From Salinibacter sp. (GTDB taxonomy: Bacteria; Bacteroidota; Rhodothermia; Rhodothermales; Salinibacteraceae): a DNA stretch of 64,000 nucleotides. The notes below the pieces were generated by a model that saw only the letters and a list, made by a program, of their open reading frames with translations, ran no database searches and had not been told where the DNA came from. Positions 20,695 through 30,373 of the stretch are shown piece by piece (within the stretch, counting starts at the first letter, position 1; each line of letters opens with the position of its first letter). The stretch lies in assembly GCF_042218895.1 (NCBI RefSeq), contig NZ_JBDGQQ010000055.1:2738-66737 (forward strand), written 5' to 3'. Made by a program: the position numbers and the translations under genes.

Positions 20695-21960
20695 CTATGC
20701 CGCCGATCGAGCCGTCCCCTCCGTCGCGAACGTCACGACCGCCGCCGCCCCTACCGACAGGCCGAGGTGCACGACGGCCCAGGTGCCGACCCAGCGCCAG
20801 CCGTAGGCATCGCCGAACAGGACGATGAGCGCGAGGCTCCCCATGTGGGGCCCAAACCAGCGTAGGTTGACGAAGGTGCGGGTCCCAACCCAGTCCATTA
20901 CCGACTGTATGGATCGTTGGAACAGAGGGGGTGCCGCCGACGGCGTTCCCAGCACCGCACAGGCCGCGACTTGTCCGGTCAGCAAGACGAGCAGGTACGC
21001 CGTGATAAACGCCGGTGCGACGCCGCGGATGCAGAACAACCACAGGCCGAGGTGGGCCACCGCTACGAGCCGCCCCAGGGGCAGGCGGCGATCAAGCTGC
21101 CGCACGCTGGCCCAGACGGCCGGCCGCCACCGGGTGGGCACCCAGTAGAGGGCCTCGTAGGGCACCGGCTCGCGGCTGGTAGCCGCCACGGTGCCTCCCC
21201 CCAGCACTTCCGCGTAGAAGGCCGTGGTCTGATAGAAGTGCCGGTCGTAGGCGGTACGGCGGCGCCGCAGGCGCGCTCCGGCCCATCCAAGCAGCAGAAG
21301 TCCGGGTCCCCACGCGAGCAGTCCGGCCCCCGCCTGCGCGATGCCTGCGGTGGCCACCACGGCGACGATGGCCACAATAAAGCAACGGGTGGTTGCAAAG
21401 AGGGCCGGCACGAGTCCCCGGGGCAGGTCCACGCCCTGGCCCTGCTCCTCCACCGCCCGGGCGTACCACTGCCCGGCTTGCCCTTCCTGCCAGGCCTGCG
21501 ACCGGGCGCCGAGGGTGGCGAAGTGGACAAAGCTGTCCAGGGCGGCTCCGAGCAGCAGGAGAAGCGCCTGCCCCAGGGCGGTCGTCTTAGGGCCAAGGTG
21601 CCGGACGGGAGTGGCGAAGTCTCCGTACGCAATGAGCACCGCCGGCACCACGGCGAGCAGAAGGAGGGGCACCAGTCGACGCCCCTGGTAGCGAAGGAGG
21701 CGCGGGGGCGACCAGTTGAGCCGCTGCGCCATCGACACGTTCGGGTCCGGAAACAGCACGTTCGGTGGCGCCACGGCAAAAATTCCGGCCCCCACGAGGG
21801 CCCACACCCGCAATCCGGCCGCCCGCGTCGCTGGATCGGCCTCAGCAGTGAGCAGCGCCACGGCCACGCTTAGTACCCCGAGGAGGAGACCGTACGCCAG
21901 CCGAGGCACCCAGCCGTCGAGGTGGCGAACCGGGGACGGAAGCGAACGAGAGGACGGCAC
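20695..21960 (-). CDS. Multi-pass membrane protein, probable permease partner of the ABC ATPase
   Basis: About 10 hydrophobic segments in two halves; immediately upstream of the ATPase. Start uncertain (GTG 21960). Confidence 0.65.
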   Translation of the reverse strand: MPSSRSLPSPVRHLDGWVPRLAYGLLLGVLSVAVALLTAEADPATRAAGLRVWALVGAGIFAVAPPNVLFPDPNVSMAQRLNWSPPRLLRYQGRRLVPLLLLAVVPAVLIAYGDFATPVRHLGPKTTALGQALLLLLGAALDSFVHFATLGARSQAWQEGQAGQWYARAVEEQGQGVDLPRGLVPALFATTRCFIVAIVAVVATAGIAQAGAGLLAWGPGLLLLGWAGARLRRRRTAYDRHFYQTTAFYAEVLGGGTVAATSREPVPYEALYWVPTRWRPAVWASVRQLDRRLPLGRLVAVAHLGLWLFCIRGVAPAFITAYLLVLLTGQVAACAVLGTPSAAPPLFQRSIQSVMDWVGTRTFVNLRWFGPHMGSLALIVLFGDAYGWRWVGTWAVVHLGLSVGAAAVVTFATEGTARSAA

Positions 21961-22262
21961 GACGACCGAGGGCAATTTCAGTGGGCTGCGAACGTAGAGA
22001 AAAGTATCGGCGAGCCCGCCCTCCTGTCCACGCTCCCCCAGAAAATTCCGACCAAATGCCGCGCCAAAAGGAGCCAGGAGAGACTCGGGAGGCCGGTGCA
22101 ATCCAGCGCCCGACGGCAAACGCAGCGCAGACCCATCGTACTCCCTGCACCTGACTGTGAAGGTTCTGACAAACAACGAGACGTCCTGTAAGAATGGGCG
22201 GGCTTCGGGAGACTCATTTAATGAGATGATTTTGCCGACTTGTTGACGGGTTCGCCCGCGTC

Positions 22263-22772
22263 ATGCCCGATCGGGAAGACGAGTTCATACAGCTGGTGCG
22301 TGAGAACGAGACGCGCCTTCGTAAAATTTGCCGCGTCTACGCCGACGGCGCGGAGGCACAGCGCGACCTGTACCAGGATCTCCTGGTGGAACTCTGGCGC
22401 TCGTTTCCCTCCTTTGAGGGCGAGGCCAAGGCCAGCACCTGGCTCTACCGCGTGGCCCTCAACACCGCCCTGCGCCACGATCGCTCGCAGGAGGTCCGCG
22501 ACGAAGCCACGCTCGACGCCGAGCATCCGGTGTGGGGAAATGGGGTGGCCTCGCCCGACGAGCGCCTCAACCGGCAGGACAAACTCGACCGACTCTACGC
22601 CGCCATCGACCGGCTCGACGAGGTGGACAAGGCACTCGTGATGATGTACCTGGACCAGAAGAGCTACCGCGCGATGGCTGACGTGCTCGGCATTAGCGAG
22701 AACTACGTGGGCGTGAAGCTGCACCGGATCAAGAACAAACTGGCTGACTGGCTGGAGGAAACACCGGCATGA
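22263..22772 (+). CDS. ECF sigma-70 factor
   Basis: Region 2 (DLYQDLLVELW, STWLYRVALN) and region 4 HTH (SYRAMADVLGISENYVGVKLHR). Confidence 0.93.
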   Translation: MPDREDEFIQLVRENETRLRKICRVYADGAEAQRDLYQDLLVELWRSFPSFEGEAKASTWLYRVALNTALRHDRSQEVRDEATLDAEHPVWGNGVASPDERLNRQDKLDRLYAAIDRLDEVDKALVMMYLDQKSYRAMADVLGISENYVGVKLHRIKNKLADWLEETPA

Positions 22773-23380
22773 ACCTCGACGACGCCAAAGAACTCTGGGC
22801 TTCCGAGAACAAACCCGACACTCCTTCTATGTCTGCATCCACCATGAGCGACACTGAAATCCTGCGCCTCGTAAAGGACAAGGCCGAATCCCTCGACCAA
22901 CGAATCTGGCGGCGAGACCTGTTGGAGTCAATCGCTGCCCTTGCGGTGGTCCTCTTCTTCGGCTGGATCGTCTTCCAGGCTTCTTCCTGGTGGATCCAAT
23001 CCGGCGCCCTGATCGTGATTGCTGGCGGCGTCTACATCCACTGGCGCCTGCGCCGCGCCCGCACCCGGTACAATGATTCCTCCCTGGACCGCCCCGTCGC
23101 GGAGGTCATCCGCACCGAACGGGCCAAAATCGAGGAGCAGATTCAGCTGCTCGACACCATTCTCTGGTGGTACCTTGCCCCCCTCGTCCTCGGCGTGCTC
23201 CTCATTATCTTCGGGAGCGACGGTTGGTCCTGGGTGTCTCTCGGCCAAACCGCGATCGTGCTTCTCATCGCGGCCGGCATCTATGCACTGAACCAGCGCG
23301 GCCGCCGCTGCACCTTCGAGCCGCGCCGCGAGGAACTCACCCGCCTACTCGAACAGGTGGAGGAGACGGACGGCTCCTGA
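22769..23380 (+). CDS. Four-TM membrane protein, putative anti-sigma factor
   Basis: ATGA overlap with the sigma gene; N-terminal MNLDDAKELW followed by four TM helices. Confidence 0.7.
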   Translation: MNLDDAKELWASENKPDTPSMSASTMSDTEILRLVKDKAESLDQRIWRRDLLESIAALAVVLFFGWIVFQASSWWIQSGALIVIAGGVYIHWRLRRARTRYNDSSLDRPVAEVIRTERAKIEEQIQLLDTILWWYLAPLVLGVLLIIFGSDGWSWVSLGQTAIVLLIAAGIYALNQRGRRCTFEPRREELTRLLEQVEETDGS

Positions 23381-23503
23381 CCCCATCGCACCCGTCCCTC
23401 TCCGCGTCTCCCATTCTCTCTCCTGCAGAAAACCTATCGCCTATCCCGCGTATACACGCCCACAGGCTGATGTCCGTCCTCCTGTATTCGCCGCCTCACG
23501 TCT

Positions 23504-24889
23504 ATGCTTATGAGTTCGCTCGCCGAGCCGCTTTGCGAGCGCCTGCTCCGCTCGTTTCCCGCCACTCAGTCCTACACCAAGGCCGACTGGGAAGGGGATG
23601 CGATGCCGGCGCCTATGCGCCACTACCTCGACCATCTCCTGCGCCACCACGGCCAGCGAGAAGCCCGTCGTCTTCGGCGTGCCCGCACGGATTGGGTGGA
23701 CTACGACCATCCCGAGATGGAGCAGGCCGTTCGCACCTTCTTTGCGACCGTGGAGGACCACACGCAGGTGCCCCAAGACGAGTGGGCCGACACGCTTCGC
23801 ACCGCCACTCGCCGCACGACGGCCCACCTCGTTCGTCCAGTTTCTCTCCTCAAGTCCTTTGTCTTCGACGACCACGCCGATCCGATCGCGGTCTCCCGGA
23901 TCCGGTGGCGGATGCAATTCTTCGGCCCCTACGGCTACTTGCGCGAGGCCGTGCAGGCGTTTGCCGAGAAGCACGACCGGGAGGCCCTTGAGCCGGAGAC
24001 GTTCGAGCGCGTCCTCCGCCAGGTTGACGGACGCATGACAGCCGACTTCGGGCCCGACCGCTGGCTTCGCCTGCTCGACCCCCTTTTCGAAATGGCCCGG
24101 TGGGCCACCGGCCGCGAGCAGGTTCCACTTTCGCTCCTACGCACCTTTTTCGACGAGAAGAAGGCGTCGCGGATCGTCGAGCGCCTGGAGACCTACGAGC
24201 GAGAATCGGGGGCCGAGGCGGTAGCCCCCGAGACGCTCCACCGCCTGATCGAGACGGCGACGCAGGCCTCCCCGGCCGAGGATCACGACTCTCCGGCCCC
24301 GCACTCGGCGGAGCAGTTCCTGGAGTCCCCACCAGAATCCTCGTCGGAGTCCCCCTCTCCCCAGGACCGTCCGGCTCCGTCGTCGCCCGAGCCCGATGCT
24401 CTTTCCGAGAACGATCGTACCGACGAGGCAACGCCTCTCTGGAAACGATTCCAGCAGGGCCAGTCTCGCCAAGAACCAGACTCCGATGGATCCCGGACCG
24501 ATGGCTCACAGCCCCTGTGGACCCGGTTCGAGCAGGGCCGAACAGTTCCGCGCCCCGACACGGAAACGGAGGAGGACACGCCGCCTCAGCGGCAGCCCAC
24601 GTCCCCGCCCCGATCACAGTCCGGCGCGCCCGAGGATGCACTATCGTCCCTCGAGCGCGACGTGCTCGGGACCGGCAACCCTTCTCACCGGGGTGTGTAC
24701 GTCCAGAAACTCTTCCAGGGCGACGAGGCCGCCTACCGGCGCGTCCTGGAACAGCTGCGCGCCGCGGAGAGCTGGAGCGAGGCCTCCCAAATCATTGCGT
24801 CTGAAGTGTTTCAGGCCTATCAGGTGAATATCTATAGCGATCCGGCAGTCCATTTCACGGATGCGGTCGAGGCTCGCTTCAAGGAGTAA
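23504..24889 (+). CDS. Hypothetical protein: helical N-domain, acidic Pro/Ser linker, small C-domain
   Basis: 461-aa ORF with genome-typical codon usage; repeated PLWxRFxQG motif in the linker. Confidence 0.75.
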   Translation: MLMSSLAEPLCERLLRSFPATQSYTKADWEGDAMPAPMRHYLDHLLRHHGQREARRLRRARTDWVDYDHPEMEQAVRTFFATVEDHTQVPQDEWADTLRTATRRTTAHLVRPVSLLKSFVFDDHADPIAVSRIRWRMQFFGPYGYLREAVQAFAEKHDREALEPETFERVLRQVDGRMTADFGPDRWLRLLDPLFEMARWATGREQVPLSLLRTFFDEKKASRIVERLETYERESGAEAVAPETLHRLIETATQASPAEDHDSPAPHSAEQFLESPPESSSESPSPQDRPAPSSPEPDALSENDRTDEATPLWKRFQQGQSRQEPDSDGSRTDGSQPLWTRFEQGRTVPRPDTETEEDTPPQRQPTSPPRSQSGAPEDALSSLERDVLGTGNPSHRGVYVQKLFQGDEAAYRRVLEQLRAAESWSEASQIIASEVFQAYQVNIYSDPAVHFTDAVEARFKE

Positions 24890-24983
24890 GTCGTCGCTCG
24901 AGCCCCCCGGGACGCAGACTGGGATACGGGAGACCTCAAGTTTCCTTTACAAATGATTCCAGGTTTTCTTTATTGTGGCCCCT

Positions 24984-25002
24984 GAGGGAAAGCGCTTCCC
25001 TC
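24984..25002. promoter_or_regulatory. Candidate LacI-family operator GAGGGAAAGCGCTTCCCTC
   Basis: Inverted repeat with an AAGCGCTT core, between an AT-rich tract and the first gene of the sugar operon. Confidence 0.6.
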
Positions 25003-25029
25003 GAGGGCCCACTGCTCGCACTCCCCGGG

Positions 25030-25845
25030 ATGTCCTCGCCCCTCGTGTCACCCATGCTTGGTACCTCGACGTTCCACGCTGGACGCGTCCTCTCGGCGAT
25101 GCTGGGCGGCATCCTGCTGATCGGCACGCCGTACGTCCTGCGCTCTCCAGACGGTGCCCCTCCGCCGGTCCCGACGGCTGCGTCCCCAGTCCCCGACACC
25201 GTCAACTCCCTCACCGAGGCCGAACGGGAGGCAGGATGGCGGCTGCTTTTCGACGGCACCTCGCTCGACGGCTGGCGGGGCTACCAGCGCGACTCTGTGC
25301 CTGACGGGTGGATCGTTGAGGCGTCAGCCATCCATTTCGAAGGAGAGGGCTCGAACTCGACGACCCTGATCACAACCGACACGTTTGACCATTTTGAGCT
25401 CCGCATCGAGTGGAAGATTTCTCCGGGGGGCAACAGTGGCATCATCTATCGCGCGACCGAAGACAAAAAAGACCCCTATCGAACTGGGCCCGAGTTCCAG
25501 GTTCTCGACAACGCTGTGCTGGACAATCCATCAGGCTCCGTCCACCAGGCCGGGGCGCTGTATGGCCTATACGCCCCAGCCAAGGACGTCACGCGGCCCG
25601 TTGGCGAATACAACGAAGCGCGCATCGTCGTCCGGGGGAATCACGTCGAGCACTGGATGAACGGGACAAAGCTGCTGGAAGCCGAGATTGGAAGCGAGGC
25701 GTGGAAAGAGCGCGTGGCCGGTACGAAGTTTGCCAACTACAACGCCTTTGTGGAGGCCGAGACCGGCCACATTGCCCTACAGGATCACGGGCATCCGGTA
25801 TGGTACCGCGACATCAAGCTGCGCCCGTTGAGCCTAAGCTCCTAA
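25030..25845 (+). CDS. DUF1080 (3-keto-disaccharide hydrolase/lyase family) protein, exported
   Basis: GWRLLFDGTSLDGW, FELRIEWK, GNSGIIY, GPEFQVLD, VEHWMNG, GHIALQDHG, WYRDIK; N-terminal hydrophobic segment. Start at 25030 or 25054. Confidence 0.9.
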   Translation: MSSPLVSPMLGTSTFHAGRVLSAMLGGILLIGTPYVLRSPDGAPPPVPTAASPVPDTVNSLTEAEREAGWRLLFDGTSLDGWRGYQRDSVPDGWIVEASAIHFEGEGSNSTTLITTDTFDHFELRIEWKISPGGNSGIIYRATEDKKDPYRTGPEFQVLDNAVLDNPSGSVHQAGALYGLYAPAKDVTRPVGEYNEARIVVRGNHVEHWMNGTKLLEAEIGSEAWKERVAGTKFANYNAFVEAETGHIALQDHGHPVWYRDIKLRPLSLSS

Positions 25846-25937
25846 GGAGCAAAGTCGCCGCATGCACCGATGGGTCCCCTAACTCCCGCTCAGGTTGTCC
25901 TAATTCCCGTCGTTCCTCAAACTGAGCTTCTTCGTTT

Positions 25938-26543
25938 ATGAGCACCCCCGACCACATGAATCGACGCCAGGCACTGGGTCGTGTGGGCGCCCTCCTTGGC
26001 GGCATCGTTTCCGCCCCCACTGTTGCTGGCGTGTTGAGCGGCTGCGAACGGATTTCTGGCCCGGATTGGGCCCCGCAGACGCTCACCGCAGAGCAAAATG
26101 AGATGGTCGACACCATCGCCGAGATTATTATTCCCACCACGGACACCCCGGGGGCGAGCGCCGCAAACGTCAACCGGTTTATCGACGCACTGGTAGGGGA
26201 AAGCTACCTGCCCAAGGATCGCGACCGGTTTCTTAGGGGACTCGACGATCTCAACACCCGCTGCAAAGAGAAGTACGGGGCGTCGTTCACAGAGTGTACC
26301 GGCGAGCAACAGCGGGCTCTCGTCGGTGAACTCGACGACGAAAAGTTTGGGGCAGATGCCCCCGAGTTCGATCGAGAAAATCCCCCCTTCTTCCGCATGA
26401 TGAAGGAGCTCACAATCATCGGTTACTATACCTCCGAGGTTGGAGCCACCCAGGAACTGAAGACCAGCATCGTTCCGGGGTACTACGATGGCGACGTCCC
26501 GTACGAGAAAATTGGTCGGGCCTGGTCGGGAGCTGGGACGTAG
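25938..26543 (+). CDS. Gluconate-2-dehydrogenase subunit 3 family protein (Tat-exported GMC partner)
   Basis: Tat motif NRRQAL and lipobox-like LSGC; IIPTTDTPGA, FFRMMKELTIIGYYTSEVG, PGYYDG. Confidence 0.9.
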   Translation: MSTPDHMNRRQALGRVGALLGGIVSAPTVAGVLSGCERISGPDWAPQTLTAEQNEMVDTIAEIIIPTTDTPGASAANVNRFIDALVGESYLPKDRDRFLRGLDDLNTRCKEKYGASFTECTGEQQRALVGELDDEKFGADAPEFDRENPPFFRMMKELTIIGYYTSEVGATQELKTSIVPGYYDGDVPYEKIGRAWSGAGT

Positions 26544-26614
26544 CGGTCCCTGGTCATCTCGGTTGAATACAGGGCGGGGATCCTCATGCTTTCCTCGACT
26601 TTTCTACGTCTACG

Positions 26615-27382
26615 ATGTCCAGCACCCCCCACACTGTCCCCCAGCGAGAAACATGCGACGCGGTTATCGTGGGCCCCAGCGTCGCCGGCGGCTGGGCCGC
26701 CAGGGAACGATCCGGGAACGGCCTTGACCCCCCTGCTCTCAAGCAAGGTCGGCACGTGGAATACGGGAAGAACCACGTGACGGAGTGCATGCCTCCTCAG
26801 GAGTTCGACGTCCAGGGTCAGGGTGACAAGGAGCGATACGCCGAAAACTGCGAGATCCAGCGCACGTGCTGCGCCTTCGGTGAGGCAACCGAGCACTTCT
26901 TCGTGAACGACAAGAAGAACCCATATGTCCAGGAGGAGCCCTTTGCTGGATTCGGGGCTATCATCTCGACGGGCGATCGCTCACCTAAGGGCATCAGTGC
27001 CATCGGTGGAGCGATCTCAACTTTGCGGCCGACGCCTGCGATGGCTACGGCGTCGACTAGCCAGGCCGATTGGGGACGTGACCTGAGCGAGGACGTCTCC
27101 GGGGTCGACCTCGAGCACCGGCTCTACGATTCGGGCCCCTGGAAGAGGAGGCCGGCGGTCGGGGCAAAATGCGTTTCCGTGAACACCCCCACGACGAGAA
27201 AACGGACGCGTGGGGCGTTCCGCAGCGCCGGATCAACTGCGCCTTTGGCAAGAACGAGAATAAGGTACAGGGGGTTATGGCCACGGGGCTCATCAACCAT
27301 GCCGGGGGCGGCCGGGTGCAAAGAGGTCGAACCGTACGGGAACGAGGACGCCGTGAAAGAAACGACGCGGGACGACCTGTAG
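26615..27382 (+). pseudogene. Decayed GMC oxidoreductase paralog
   Basis: Aligns piecewise to the next gene: degenerate FAD motif, frameshift near 26944, stops at Trp positions (TAA 26986, TAG 27058), two large internal deletions. Confidence 0.88.
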
Positions 27383-27472
27383 CTTCTCATCCGGAACGAC
27401 GAGAGAAGCCCCCGCGGCATCGTCCCCATCGCCTCCCATCGCTGCACTCTCCTCATTCCCGCACTACTTCCA

Positions 27473-29194
27473 ATGGAAAAAGACGTACACATTGCCGCGC
27501 AACCAAAGACCTACGACGCCATCGTCGTCGGCTCCGGGATTACAGGGGGATGGGCCGCCAAGGAACTGACCGAGAAGGGCCTCGACACGCTCGTGCTTGA
27601 GCGCGGCCGCAACGTCACCCACGGCGAAGACTATATCACGGAGCACAAGCCCTCCTGGGAGATGGACTACCACGGAGAGGGAGACCGCCAGGAGTTCGAC
27701 AAGCATTACCCCCGGCAGTCCATGGCGGGCCCATTCAACGCCTACAACAAGCATTTCTTTGTCAAGGACAGCAAGCATCCCTACCTGTTCGACGACGACG
27801 AGCCCTTCTTATGGGTGCGGGGATACCATCTGGGGGGACGCTCCATCACCTGGGGCCGCCAGTGCTACCGGTGGAGCGACCTCGACTTCACGGCCAATGC
27901 CCGCGAGGGCGTCGCCGTCGACTGGCCCATCCGGTACGCCGACATTGCACCCTGGTACGACTACGTGGAGAAATACGCCGGCATCAGCGGGCGCAAAGAA
28001 GGGCTGCCGCAGCTGCCGGACGGCTCGTTCCTGCCCCCTATGGAGATGAACGCCGGGGAGAAGAAGGTGAAGGCCGAACTCGAAAGCGCCTACGACGACC
28101 GGATGATGACGATCGGCCGCTCGGCGGTTCTCACCGAGAGCCTCCCCGACCAAAACCGCCAGGCGTGCCACTACTGCGGACCCTGTGCGCGGGGCTGCAC
28201 CGTGGGGGCGTACTTCTCGAGCCTGAGCTCTACCCTCCCGGCGGCCAAGGCGACGGGCAACATGACGCTCAAATGCGACAGCATCGTCCACAGCGTGAAG
28301 TTCGATCCCGAGCGGGGCCGGGCCTCGGGCGTGCGGGTCGTCGACCGGAAGACGAAAGAGACCCGCGAATATGAGGGTCGCGTCGTCTTCCTTTGCGCCT
28401 CTGCGCTCGGCTCCACGAAGATTCTGCTGAATTCGACCTCCTCCCGTTTTCCGAACGGACTGGCCAACTCCAGCGGCACGCTTGGCCACTACATCATGGA
28501 CCACCACTTCAAGGTGGGTGCCTCGGGGACCATTCCAGGTCTGGAGGACCGGTACTACCACGGAAATCGACCGAACGGAATTTACATCCCGCGCTTCCGC
28601 AACCTGTCCGGGCCGGACAGCGACGTCGAGTTTCTCCGCGGCTATGGCTACCAGGGCGGGGCCTACCGCGAAGGCTGGACCCGAGGCCTCGGGGAAGAAG
28701 GGTTTGGGGCCAGCCTCAAGCATAGACTCCGTGACCCCGGCCAGTGGCGCATGTACCTCGGGGCGTTCGGCGAAACGCTCCCCGACGAGGACAACTACGT
28801 CGAACTCGACGACGAGCAAACGGACGAATGGGACATCCCCCTCCTCCGCACCCACGTGTCGATTGGCGAAAACGAGGAGGCCATGCGGCAGGACATGAAG
28901 GAACAGGCCGCTCAGATGCTAGAGGCCGCGGGGGCCACCGGGGTTGAGCCCTACGAACAGCGCTACTGGCCCGGCGAAGGCATCCACGAGATGGGCGGTG
29001 CCCGGATGGGCCGGGACCCGGACACGTCCGTGCTCAATGCCCACAACCAGGCCCACGACGTGCCCAACCTGTTCGTGACCGACGGGGCCTGCATGACATC
29101 CTCGGCCTGCCAGAACCCCTCCATTACCTACATGGCCCTCACGGCCCGCGCCGTCGACTACGCCGTGAAGGAGATGAAGCGCCGCAACCTCTGA
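27473..29194 (+). CDS. GMC oxidoreductase, probable glycoside 3-dehydrogenase flavoprotein subunit
   Basis: YDAIVVGSGITGG, LGGRSITWG, DWPIRY, Fe-S motif CHYCGPCARGC, HEMGGARMG, NLFVTDGA, QNPSITYMALTAR; no signal peptide. Confidence 0.93.
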   Translation: MEKDVHIAAQPKTYDAIVVGSGITGGWAAKELTEKGLDTLVLERGRNVTHGEDYITEHKPSWEMDYHGEGDRQEFDKHYPRQSMAGPFNAYNKHFFVKDSKHPYLFDDDEPFLWVRGYHLGGRSITWGRQCYRWSDLDFTANAREGVAVDWPIRYADIAPWYDYVEKYAGISGRKEGLPQLPDGSFLPPMEMNAGEKKVKAELESAYDDRMMTIGRSAVLTESLPDQNRQACHYCGPCARGCTVGAYFSSLSSTLPAAKATGNMTLKCDSIVHSVKFDPERGRASGVRVVDRKTKETREYEGRVVFLCASALGSTKILLNSTSSRFPNGLANSSGTLGHYIMDHHFKVGASGTIPGLEDRYYHGNRPNGIYIPRFRNLSGPDSDVEFLRGYGYQGGAYREGWTRGLGEEGFGASLKHRLRDPGQWRMYLGAFGETLPDEDNYVELDDEQTDEWDIPLLRTHVSIGENEEAMRQDMKEQAAQMLEAAGATGVEPYEQRYWPGEGIHEMGGARMGRDPDTSVLNAHNQAHDVPNLFVTDGACMTSSACQNPSITYMALTARAVDYAVKEMKRRNL

Positions 29195-29228
29195 CCGCTC
29201 TCCCCCCTCGTTTTTCCCACTCCCCACC

Positions 29229-30173
29229 ATGGATCGACGGCACTTCCTTCGCGCGAGTGCCCTGGCGGGGGGAAGCCTGCTTAGCGCCGCCACGGCCCCC
29301 GGCACCGCGGCCTCGTCCCTGCTCAGCTCCGAAGCCGAGCACGACTTTCACCTCCACTACGCCCCGAGTCCCGGCCAGTTCGACGCCCACGCCGGCCCCG
29401 ACCCGGTGGACCAAATCGCTTTCATGGCCGAGCAGGGCTTCACGGCCTTCGAGGACAATGGCATGCGCAACCGATCGGTCCAGGAGCAAACCCGGATCGG
29501 GGAGGCGCTCCGCGAGCACGACATGCGCATGGGCGTATTCGTGGCCCACTCGATTAGCTGGAAGGACCCGTCACTGACGACTGGGGAGCCGGAGCCGCGC
29601 CAAAGGTTTCTCGACGAGATCCGATCGTCCGTCGAGGTAGCCCGACGGGTCGACGCGACGTGGATGACGGTGGTTCCAGGCGCCCGCGACCCGCGTCTCG
29701 ACGACGGCTTTGAAACCGCCAACCTCGTAGAGACGCTGCGGAAGGCGGCCGACATTCTGGAGCCCCGCAACCTCGTGATGGTGCTGGAGCCTCTCAACAA
29801 CCGTCGAGACCATCCGCGGCAATTTCTGACCCACACGGCCCAGGCCTACCAGATCTGCCGTGCGGTCGATAGTCCCGCCTGCAAGATCCTGTACGACGTG
29901 TATCATCAGCAGATTACAGAGGGCAACCTGATTCCAAACTTCGACGCTGCTCGGGATGAAATTGGGTACGTGCAGGTGGGGGACAATCCAGGACGAAACG
30001 AGCCTACCACAGGCGAAATCAACTTCCAAAACGTCTTCAAGCATCTCCACGAAACGGGGTATGACGGCATCGTGGGGATGGAGCACGGCATGTCCGGGGA
30101 GGGCAAAGCTGGCGAACAGGCCGTTATCGACGCGTACGTCTCGGTCGACTCATTTGACACCTCAGGGTCATGA
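29229..30173 (+). CDS. Tat-exported xylose-isomerase-like TIM barrel (Hyi/AP-endonuclease-2 family)
   Basis: MDRRHFL Tat signal; VLEPLN, LYDVYHQQITEGN, QVGDNPGRNEPTTGEIN, GMEH. Confidence 0.88.
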   Translation: MDRRHFLRASALAGGSLLSAATAPGTAASSLLSSEAEHDFHLHYAPSPGQFDAHAGPDPVDQIAFMAEQGFTAFEDNGMRNRSVQEQTRIGEALREHDMRMGVFVAHSISWKDPSLTTGEPEPRQRFLDEIRSSVEVARRVDATWMTVVPGARDPRLDDGFETANLVETLRKAADILEPRNLVMVLEPLNNRRDHPRQFLTHTAQAYQICRAVDSPACKILYDVYHQQITEGNLIPNFDAARDEIGYVQVGDNPGRNEPTTGEINFQNVFKHLHETGYDGIVGMEHGMSGEGKAGEQAVIDAYVSVDSFDTSGS

Positions 30174-30373
30174 CACTTTCGCTCCTCACTGCGGAGGGAA
30201 ATTTCTTTGGCGTCCGTGCGGTCTCCAACACGGAACACAGCTGGAAGTGGAACGGGCGTCCTGCGGGGCGCACTTCGACGGCTATCCGACCGTGCAGGGA
30301 GCGGCCCGCCAAACCGTACAGTCTGGACTGAGTGACCCTTAGCGCTGATCGTTCTCACTGTCCCCTTCTCGTC

